Part shown: positions 22,745 to 33,133 of the stretch, piece by piece | How positions within the stretch are numbered: the first letter of the stretch is position 1 | Layout: each line of letters opens with the position of its first letter | Notes under the pieces: generated by a model | The model's database searches: none | Seen by the model: only the letters and a program-made list of their open reading frames with translations | Told to the model about the DNA's origin: nothing | DNA from: Dendrobates tinctorius | Taxonomy: Eukaryota | Length of the DNA: 64,000 nt | Assembly (NCBI RefSeq): GCF_039654945.1 | Contig: NW_027361924.1 | Span: forward strand, 11,036,001 to 11,100,000 | Reading direction: 5' to 3' | Position numbers and translations under genes: made by a program

Positions 22745-25700
22745 CAGGGGCATATCTAGGAGGCGGCAGCCGGGGCAGTTGCCCCGGGCGCAGCTGGCAG
22801 GGAGCGTAGTCGGGCCGCCTAATGCAGCGGTCCGCAGTGTCCTCCCTGGCGGCTGTGTTCTGCCGCTCCTCCAGCCTGAGAGTCGGCGGTTCTCTGTGTC
22901 GGCTGTCAAGCTGACAGCTGGCGCAAAGAAGGTGCGCGTGCCAGCTCCCAGGGAACAATTGTACTGGCGTCTATACAGACGCCAGAACAACTGAAGCTCT
23001 GACCGCCGGACCAGAGCGACATCAGCAGCGTGATCAGGTCATGTGATCACGCAGCTGACGTCACTCCCCGGCGCCCAGAGCGAACGCTGGTGGTAAGTGT
23101 GCTCCACTGTGGAGCTGAAGACACCGAAGATGGGGGGTGTTAATGTAGGGAAGGGGGTTAATGAGTGGGAAAGGGGGTTAATGTGTTTGGGGGGTTAATG
23201 AGTGGGGATGGGGGGTTAATGAGTGAGGATGGGGGTTAATGTGTGTGGGGGGTTAATGAGGGGATGGGGGTTAATTTGTGGGAGGGTTAATGTGTGTGAG
23301 GGGGTTAATGAGTGGGGATGGGGGTTAATGTGTGTGGGAGGTTAATGAGTGGGGATGGGGGTTAATGTGTGTGGGGGGATTAATGAGTGGGGATGGGGGT
23401 TAATGTGTGTGGGGGTTAATGAGTGGGGATGGGGGTTAATGTGTGGGGGTTAATGAGTGGGGATGGGGGTTAATGTGTGGGGGTTAATGAGTGGGGATGG
23501 GGGTTAATGAGTGGGGGGGTTAATGTGTGTGGGGGGTTAATGAGTGGGGATGGGGGTTAATGTGTGGGGGGTTAAAGAGTGGGGATGGGGGATACTTAAT
23601 GTGTGGGGGTATTTGGAGTGGGGATGGGGTTAATGTGTGGGGGGATTTGGGAGTGGGGTTGGGGGGTTATTTAATGTGTGGGGGGATTTGGAGTGGGGTT
23701 GGGGGGTTATTTAATGTGTGTGGGGATTTGGAGTGGGGATGGGGGGTTATTTAATGTGTGTTGGGATTTGGAGTGGGGTTGGGGGGTTATTTAATGTGTG
23801 GGGGGATTTGGAGTAGGGTTGGGGGGTTATTTAATGTGTGGGGGGATTTGGAGTGGGATGGGGGGTTATTTAATGTGTGGGGGGATTTGGAGTGGGGATG
23901 GGAGGTTATTTAATGTGTGTGAGGGTTTTGGAGTGGGGATGGGGAATTTAATGTGTGTGGGGGGATTTGGAGTGGGGATGTGGGGTTATTTAATGTGTGT
24001 GAGGGATGGGGGATTTAATGTGTGTGGGGAGATTTGAGGACACAAAATGAAGAGTATGTATGAGGAAACAGTATGGGGGATACGGTGCAGACAGTATGGG
24101 GAGCAAACGGGTGAATGTATGTGGACACAGTATGGGGAGTCGGGGATATGTGTGAGCAGACAGTATAGAGAGTGAGGGGGTAAATATATGAGGAGACAGT
24201 ATGGAGGGGAATAGTGTGAGGCGACAGTATATTGCAGATATTTTTATTCAGGAGCATTATAATGACACTTCTATCTTTAAGGGCATCGTGTGGAGATTTG
24301 CTGCAGAAGACCGGAGAAGATGGAAGTCTGCAGAGACAGCTGTGGATGAGAAAACTCATCATGGGGTCTGGACAAGAAGAAGAAAAGGAGACCGACTGCA
24401 GAGACGACGTCATATATAAGGTACCTGGATGTAAATATTATTAGTGATACTTATTCTCATGTTTTTATTTGTTAGGAACATTAAAGGGGTTGTCCAGGTT
24501 TGTGCTGAGTCTGCAGACATTCTATGTGACTGCAGACTTCTGAATTTTCACAGTGTGCACAGCACGCTGTCAGGATTCTCTCGTGCCGGTAATTTACATA
24601 CATGCGGTCACATGCTGACTAGACATGTGTGGCCTCAATGAAAATGAACAGAGCGAGGCCGGGCATGTCTAGTCGGAATGTGGCCAGAAGTATACAAATC
24701 ACATGCTTGTACGGACATGACTGTACATCGGCAAGGGAGAATCCTAAATGTGTGCAGTGCATTCACTGTGAGAATTCAGAAGCTGCAATGTCAGGATTCA
24801 GCTCTGCAGGTTCCAGTAGTCATCACATAGACCAGGGGTGGGGAACATCCGGCCCGCTGGCCGTATACGGCCCGCCATATCATTTGATCAGGCCCGCAGC
24901 CGCTCCAGAGCCACGATTGGGTACCTTGCTGCAGGAGCCAGAGGAGCAGAGGAGCACTCTTGCTCTGCTTCCTAGCCCCGCCCGCTGGATACCGCGCACT
25001 GACACGTGCACGCACTGATGGGGACTGAGCACACCCCGCTGGACCACAGCGGCCCCCGCGCACTGATACTAATGAAGAGGACGAGTAACCACGCGCCAGA
25101 GTGTGAGCTGCGCTGGACTGGTCTGCGGCCTGCCTCCCCGGCCTGCCTTCTTCATCACCCCGGTTACCCGTGCGGTGGTGACCGTGTGCTGCTGTGTGTG
25201 TGGTGCGGGGCCTGGGGGCCATCCAGGAGTCACTGTGTTCAACACCAGGTCAGTATGTGCTGCCTAATGGGGACCTGTGCTGCCTAATGGGGACCTGTGC
25301 TGCCTAATGGGGACCTGTGCTGCCTAATGGGGACATTTTCCTGCCTATTGGGGACCTATGCTGCCTAATGGGGACCTGTGCTGCCTATTGGGGACCTGTG
25401 CTGCCTATTAGGGACATTTTCCTGCCTATTGGGGACAGTTACCTACCTAATGGGGACCTGTGCTGCCTAACAGTGACATTTACCTGCCTATTGGGGACCT
25501 CAGAGATTTAGTTTTCGTCACCTCAGCTGCATGATTTGTGGCTGCTGGACAGCCTGAATACATGTGAGGAATGTCTGTTTGTTAAGGAATCATCACATGT
25601 ATTCAGGCTGTCCAGCAGCCATAAATCATGCAGCTGAGGCGACGAAAACTAAATCTCCGAGCGCGCCAAAATAATCAGAGGACACCTGAGCATGCTCGGA

Positions 25701-26035
25701 AAAACACGAGCAATGAGTATACTCGCTCATCATTATTAATAATTTTATGCGACCCCCGAACGCTATTATAAAATTCCAAATGGCCCTCGGCAGAATAAAG
25801 GTTCCCCACCCCTGACATAGACCCTTCACTCATATGCGATTTTCATAGTTATGGTCTTGTGACAACGAGCTTCTCTTCCTGCTTTCAGTTTTTTACTGAA
25901 CATTGAGAGCATTAGGGAGAGCGGCTCGTGAGTACATGGCTAACTGTGCAAGTCGCATATGTACTTGGGGGGGGGGGGGGGGGGCGCCGAACCAAATTCT
26001 TGCCCTGGGTGCCAGAAAGCCTAGATACGCCTCTG
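22745..26035. mobile_element. Non-autonomous hAT element
   Basis: TIR caggggcatatctagg / cctagatacgcctctg; 8-bp TSD GTCATGGC; internal G-rich repeat ~23130-24035. Confidence 0.85.
24833..25814. mobile_element. Nested non-autonomous hAT element
   Basis: TIR caggggtggggaac / gttccccacccctg; 8-bp TSD ACATAGAC; internal 20-bp repeat 25255-25500 and palindrome ~25503-25657. Confidence 0.85.
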
Positions 26036-26639
26036 GTCATGGCCGCCCAATCTCCAGACCTGAACCCCATGAAAACCTCTGGAATGTAACCAAGAGGAAG
26101 ATGGATCATCACAAACCATCACACAAAGAAGAACTGCTGACATGTGTGTACCAGGAGCGGCATAAGGTCACCCAAAAGAGACTGGAGGAAAGCAGCCAAG
26201 ACGCAGGAAAGCTGGGAATAACAATCATGGGGATTCCACAGAATACTGATCTCTGAACTCTTCCTGAGGTAAAACATTAGGATTGTTGGGTCTAAATGAT
26301 TATGAACTTGTTTTCTTAGCATTATTTGAGGTCTGCATTTTTTTTGTTATTTTGACCATTTCTCATTTTCTGAAAATAAATACAAAATTTATTCCTTGGA
26401 AATTCGGAGACATGTTGTCAGTAGTTTATAGAATAAAAGAGCAATTTACACTTTACTCAAAAATATAAAGGGAAAAATCAGACAAACTGAACATTGTGCA
26501 GCGGTCTCTTCATTTTGCCAGATATATTTACTGTATATATCAGGACAGTCCAAGCGGTGCAGAGAGAAGCAGCGCCTGATTTATCCAGATGCTGCTTATC
26601 TTCAATAAAGTAAAGGATCAGCCTTGAAATATATATATA

Positions 26640-29600
26640 GCCCCCACCCTGCAGTCTCCCTAGTCCCCCTGTAGACCACCCTGCAGTCTCCCTAGTCACT
26701 CCTGCAGTCTCCCCTGCAGTCTCCCTAGTCCCCCCTGCAGCCCACCCTGCAGTCTCCCTAGTCCCCCCTGCAGCCCACCCTGCAGTCTCCCTAGTCACCC
26801 CTGCAGTCTCCCCTGCAGTCTCCCTAGTCCCCCTGCAGCCCACCCTGCAGTCTCCCTAGTCCCCCTGCAGCCCACCCTGCAGTCTCCCTAGTCATCCCTG
26901 CAGCCCACCCTGCAGTCTCCCTAGTCCCCCTGCAGCCCACCCTGCAGTCTCCCTAGTCCCCCCTGCAGACCACCCTGCAGTCTCCATAGTCCCCCCTGCA
27001 GTCTCCCTAGTCACCCCTGCAGACCACCCTGCAGTCTCCCTAGTCACCCCTGCAGCCCACCCTACAGTCTCCCTAGTCCCCCTGCAGCCCACCCTGCAGT
27101 CTCCCTAGTCCCCCCTGCAGCCCACCCTGCAGTCTCCCCAGTCACCCCTGCAGCCCACCCTGCAGTCTCCCTAGTCACCCCTGCAGCCCACCCTACAGTC
27201 TCCCTAGTCCCCCTGCAGCCCACCCTGCAGTCTCCCTAGTAACCCCTGCAGTCTCCCTAGTCCCCCTGCAGCCCACCCTGCAGTCTCCCTAGTAACCCCT
27301 GCAGCCCACCCTGCAGTCTCCCTAGTCACCCCTGCAGCCCACCCTGCAGTCTCCCTAGTCCCCCCTGCAGCCCACCCTAGTCTCGCTAGTCCCCCCTGCA
27401 GCCCACCCTGCAGTCTCCCTAGTCACCCCTGCAGCCCACCCTGCAGTCTCCCTAGTCACCCCTGCAGCCCACCCTGCAGTCTCCCTAGTCCCCCCTGCAG
27501 CCCACCCTACAGTCTCCCTAGTCCCCCTGCAGTCTCCCTAGTAATCCCTGCAGCCCACCCTGCAGTCTCCCTAGGCCCCCTGTAGTCCACCCTGCAGTCT
27601 CCCTAGTCCTCCTGCAGCCCACCCTGCAGTCTCCCCTGCAGTCTCCCTAGTCCCCCTGTAGTCCACCCTGCAGTCTCCCTAGTCACCCCTGCAGCCCACC
27701 CTGCAGTCTCCCTAGTCCCCTTGCAGCCCACCCTGCAGTCTCCCTAGTCCCCCTGTAGTCCACCCTGCAGTCTCCCTAGTCACCCCTGCAGCCCACCCTG
27801 CAGTCTCCCTAGTAACCCCTGCAGTCTCCCTAGTCACCCCTGCAGCCCACCCTGCAGTCTCCCTAGTCCCCCTGCAGTCTCCCGAGTCCCCCTGCAGCCC
27901 ACCCTGCAGTCTCCCTAGTTCCCCTGCAGCCCACCCTGCAGTCTCCCTAGTCCCCCTGCAGCCCACCCTGCAATCACCCTAGTCCCCCCTGCAGACCACC
28001 CTGCAGTCTCCCGAGTCCCCCTGCAGCCCACCCTGCAGTCTCCCGAGTCCCCCTGCAGCCCACCCTGCAGTCTCCCTAGTCCCCCTGCAGCCCACCCTGC
28101 AGTCTCCCTAGTCCCCCTGCAGCCCACCCTGCAGTCTCCCTAGTCCCCCTGCAGCCCACCCTGCAGTCACCCTAGTCCCCCCTGCAGACCACCCTGCAGT
28201 CTCCATAGTCCCCCCTGCAGACCACCCTGCAGTCTCCATAGTCCCCCCTGCAGACCACCCTGCAGTCTCCCTAGTCACCCCTGCAGCCCACCCTGCAGTC
28301 TCCCTAGTCACCCCTGCAGCCCACCCTACAGTCTCCCTAGTCACCCCTGCAGCCCACCCTACAGTCTCCCTAGTCCCCCTGCAGCCCACCCTGCAGTCTC
28401 CCTAGTCCCCCTGCAGCCCACCCTGCAGTCTCCCTAGTCACCCCTGCAGTCTCCCTAGTCACCCCTGCAGCCCACCCTGCAGTCTCCTGAGTCCCCCTGC
28501 AGCCCACCCTGCAGTCTCCCTAGTCCCCCTGCAGCCCACCCTGCAGTCTCCCTAGTCCCCCCTGCAGACCACCCTGCAGTCTCCCTAGTCACCCCTGCAG
28601 CTCACCCTGCAGTCTCCCTAGTCACCCCTGCAGCCCACCCTGCAGTCTCCCTAGTCACCCCTGCACCCCACCCTGCAGTCTCCCTAGTCACCCCTGCACC
28701 CCACCCTGCAGTCTTCCTAGTCCCCCTGCAGCCCACCCTGCAGTCTCCCTAGTCCCCCTGCAGCCCACCCTGCAGTCTCCCTAGTCCCCCTGCAGCCCAC
28801 CCTGCAGTCTCCCTAGTCACCCCTGCAGACCACCCTGCAGTCTCCCTAGTCCCCCCTGCAGCCCACCCTGCAGTCTCCCTAGTCCCCCTGCAGACCACCC
28901 TGCAGTCTCCCTAGTCCCCCCTGCAGCCCACCCTGCAGTCTCCCTAGTCCCCCTGCAGCCCACCCTGCAGTCTCCCTAGTCCCCCCTGCAGCCCACCCTG
29001 CAGTCTCCCTAGTCCCCCTGCAGCCCACCCTACAGTCTCCCTAGTCCCCCTGCAGCTCACCCTGCAGTCTCCCTAGTAACCCCTGCAGTCTCCCTAGTCA
29101 CCCCTGCAGCCCACCCTGCAGTCTCCCTAGTCACCCCTGCAGCCCACCCTGCAGTCTCCCTAGTCCCCCCTGCAGCCCACCCTACAGTCTCCCTAGTCCC
29201 CCTGCAGCCCACCCTGCAGTCTCCCTAGTCCCCCCTGCAGCCCACCCTGCAGTCTCCCTAGTCCCCCCTGCAGCCCACCCTACAGTCTCCCTAGTCCCCC
29301 TGCAGCTCACCCTGCAGTCTCCCTAGTAACCCCTGCATTCTCCCTAGTCACCCCTGCAGCCCACCCTGCAGTCTCCCTAGTCCCCCTGCAGCCCACCCTG
29401 CAGTCTCCCTAGTCCCCCTGCAGCCCACCCTGCAGTCACCCTAGTCCCCCTTGCAGACCACCCTGCAGTCTCCCTAGTCCCCCCTGCAGTCTCCATAGTC
29501 CCCCCTGCAGCCCACCATGCAGTCTCCCTAGTCACCCCTGTAGTCCACCCTGCAGTCTCCCTAGTCCCCCTGTAGTCCACCCTGCAGTCACCCTAGTCCC

Positions 29601-31642
29601 CCCTGCAGTCCACCCTGCAGTCACCCTAGTCCCCCCTGCAGTCTCCATAGTCCCCCCTGCAGCCCACCCTGCAGTCTCCCTAGTCACCCCTGCAGCCCAC
29701 CCTGCAGTCTCCCTAGTCACCCCTGCAGCCCACCCTACAGTCTCCCTAGTCACCCCTGCAGCCCACCCTACAGTCTCCCTAGTCCCCCTGCAGCCCACCC
29801 TGCAGTCTCCCTAGTCCCCCTGCAGTCTCCCTAGTCACCCCTGCAGCCCACCCTGCAGTCTCCCGAGTCCCCCTGCAGCCCACCCTGCAGTCTCCCTAGT
29901 CCCCCCTGCAGACCACCCTGCAGTCTCCCTAGTCACGCCTGCAGCCCACCCTGCAGTCTCCCTAGTCACGCCTGCAGCCCACCCTGCAGTCTCCCTAGTC
30001 ACCCCTGCAGCCCACCCTACAGTCTCCCTAGTCCCCCTGCAGCCCACCCTACAGTCTCCCTAGTCCCCCTGCAGCCCACCCCGCAGTCTCCCTAGTCAAC
30101 CCTGCACCCCACCCTGCAGTCTCCCTAGTCCCCCTGCAGCCCACCCTGCAGTCTCCCTAGTCCCCCTGCAGCCCACCCTGCAGTCTCCCTAGTCACCCCT
30201 GCAGCCCACCCTGCAGTCTCCCTAGTCCCCTTGCAGCCCACCCTGCAGTCTCCCTAGTCACCCCTGCAGCCCACCCTGCAGTCTCCCTAGTCCCCCCTGC
30301 AGCCCACCCTACAGTCTCCCTAGTCCCCCCTGCAGCCCACCCTACAGTCTCCCTAGTCCCCCTGCAGCCCACCCTGCAGTCTCCCTAGTCCCCCCTGCAG
30401 CCCACCCTGCAGTCTCCCTAGTCCCCCCTGCAGCCCACCCTACAGTCTCCCTAGTCCCCCTGCAGTGTCCCTAGTAACCCCTGCAGTCTCCCTAGTCACC
30501 CCTGCATCCCACCCTGCAGTCTCCCTAGTCCCCCTGCAGCCCACCCTGCAGTCTCCCTAGTCCCCCTGCAGCTCAAACTGCAGTCTCCCAAGTCCCCCTG
30601 CAGTCACCCTAGTCCCCCTTGCAGACCACCCTGCAGTCTCCCTAGTCCCCCTGCAGTCACCCTAGTCCCCCTGCAGCCCACCCTGCAGTCTCCCTAGTCC
30701 CCCTGCAGCCCACCCTGCAGTCTCCCTAGTCCCCCTGCAGCCCACCCTGCAGTCTCCCTAGTCACCCCTGCAGCCCACCCTGCAGTCTCCCTAGTCCCCC
30801 CTGCAGCCCACCCTGCAGTCTCCCTAGTCCCCCCTGCAGCCCACCCTACAGTCTCCCTAGTCCACCTGCAGCCCACCCTGCAGTCTCCCTAGTCCCCCCT
30901 GCAGTCTCCCTAGTCTCCCCTGCAGCCCACCCTACAGTCTCCCTAGTCCCCCTGCAGCTCAAACTGCAGTCTCCCAAGTCCCCCTGCAGTCACCCTAGTC
31001 CCCCTTGCAGACCACCCTGCAGTCTCCCGAGTCCCCCTGCAGCCCACCCTGCAGTCTCCCTAGTCCCCCCTGCAGCCCACCCTACAGTCTCCCTAGTCCC
31101 CCTGCAGCTCAAACTGCAGTCTCCCTAGTCCCCCTGCAGTCACCCTAGTCCCCCTTGCAGACCACCCTGCAGTCTCCCGAGTCCCCCTGCAGCCCACCCT
31201 GCAGTCTCCCTAGTCCCCCCTGCAGACCACCCTGCAGTCTCCCTAGTCACCCTGCAGTCTCCCTAGTCCCCCTGTAGTCCACCCTGCAGTCTCCCGAGTC
31301 CCCCTGCAGCCCACCCTGCAGTCTCCCTAGTCCCCCTGCAGCCCACCCTGCAGTCTCCCTAGTCCCCCTGTAGTCTCCCTAGTCCCCCTGCAGCCCACCC
31401 TGCAGTCTCCCTAGTCCCCCTGCAGCCCACCCTGCAGTCTCCCTAGTCCCCCTGCAGACCACCCTGCAGTCTCCCTAGTCCCCCTGTAGTCTCCCTAGTC
31501 CCCCTGCAGCCCACCCTGCAGTCTCCCTAGTCCCCCTGCAGACCACCCTGCAGTCTCCCTAGTCCCCCTGTAGTCCACCCTGCAGTCTCCCTAGTCCCCC
31601 CTGCAGACCACCCTGCAATCTCCCTAGTCCCCCCTGCAGCCC
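26640..31642. repeat. 5-kb C-rich 31-32-bp minisatellite
   Basis: gtctccctagtccccctgcagcccaccctgca, roughly 150-170 copies. Confidence 0.97.
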
Positions 31643-31689
31643 CCGATGCTGCACACTCACCACCAGCTGCATTTCTGCACCTGCTGCTC

Positions 31690-32460
31690 GCACCTCATAT
31701 AAAGGACCGGTCACCTCTGACGGAAATTGCCGAACTCTCTGAGCTGAGCCGGCGGAAAGTCCCGAGCTGCCTCCAAGACAATAAGAGGCGAGAGGAGCCC
31801 GAGCGCTGCCGGAAATCACCGAAGTCCCTGCCGTCCTCAGAGCCGAGCGGTGGCGGAGATTCCCGAGCGGATACGGAAACGTGTCCCATGCGGATGCGGA
31901 TTTGCTCGGGAGGAAAGTTGGAGGTTTGGGAAGGAAAGTAGAAGCGGAGGAGCCCCCCGGAGAGGAGAAGCCCCCCCGGAGAGGAGAAGCCCCCCCGGAG
32001 AGGAGAAGCCCCCCCGGAGAGGAGAAGCCCCCCCGGAGAGGAGAAGCCCCCCGGAGAGGAGAAGCCCCCGGAGAGGAGAACAAGGTAAGTGCAGGGTCTG
32101 CCTGTGTTCTGCAGAGCTGCCGGTACAGTGTGTTGTGTGCGCCATAGTGAATGCAGCTGCATGCTGGGAGTTGTAGTCCCTCTCGTCTATGCAGGAAAGT
32201 CTGTGTGCATTAATTCACATAATATATAAAAGTAATATCCAGGCCAGAGCGGCGAGCCCAGGAGCTGACGATCTAATGACGCCAGCAGTGCGGGGGTTAA
32301 TGTAATTAATGTGACAAGGGGGAGGGGTTTGCGGATTAATTTTGCATAATTAATGATTCCGATCACACGGAGTGAAGACGCTGCAGGGACAAGATGGCGG
32401 GAAAACCCGATCCAGACCGTGCGAGTGTGACCGCGGATTCATTGATGATTTTGCTGGTAA
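31690..32460 (+). promoter_or_regulatory. RABEP2 CpG-rich promoter and putative 5' exon(s)
   Basis: TATAAA 31698, several CGGAA, 19-bp repeat 31952-32078, donor aag|gtaagt ~32083, ZNF143 motif 32159-32179, CAAGATGGCGG 32390-32400. Confidence 0.6.
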
Positions 32461-32858
32461 AATCCTCGGTTCTGGGCGCCACATTAATATCCGGCCTCGA
32501 TTCTGTTTTTTCTCTTGTTTGTGCCCCAGTTAATGTCTCACGGGGTTCAGAAAAGTATTTTTAGGATTTTGGGGGGAAAGCAGACGCTTGTGCGAAAGAT
32601 CTGAGAAAAGCGTAAAAATAACAAACGGCGGCAAAAATGGCGAATAAGCGAGAAAGCGGGCGGAGGAGGAGAGGAGTAAAATGGTGATGGTCCGGGCCCC
32701 AATCGGAGTGATAACCGGGACCACCTAGATGTTGGCGTTCAGTCATGGTCAGCAGTGGTCACATGGCGGCCTCTCCACCCCGCGGCCGGCCTCTCCGTTA
32801 CATTTGATAGTTGGTTCCTGCCCACTAATGTCTCCAATTCTTCCATCTCGTCCCCCAG

Positions 32859-33133
32859 GAAACCTCCGTGCGCTGATGTCTCAGTCAGAGGATGGCGGCT
32901 TTGTCCAGGACCCCCTCACGTCCTCTCCTGGGGGCCCCTGTGATGACCCCGAGCTCCTGGCCACGACTGAGGCCTTTGCGAGAGGCTTTGATTGCGTCTC
33001 CATTTCGTCTTTTTCGGGGGAGAGGATGATCCAGGGCCAGGAGGACACGGCCTCCATCATCTCTACAGCCACCCTGGTCCCCGAGTGCATCTACATCCCT
33101 CCGGCGGGCTACCAGCTGCTGTCCGAGCAGGAG
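32859..33133 (+). CDS. RABEP2: RABEP2 exon
   Basis: cccag|...gag|gtaac; AFARGFDCVSISSFS...GYQLLSEQE. Confidence 0.85.

Larger units (their letters stand above)
21304..26526 (+). mobile_element. Decayed Tc1 transposon with nested insertions
   Basis: TA + TIR cagctctggcaaaaatgaagag / ctcttcattttgccaga; transposase from 21595 (FSDES, FQQDNAPCH; C-terminal part resumes at 26036). Confidence 0.9.

Noticed and set aside
31850-32176. ORFs in RABEP2 first-exon region as the missing N-terminus
   Set aside because: Start at GTG, consist of a 19-bp repeat, no coiled-coil or rabaptin similarity
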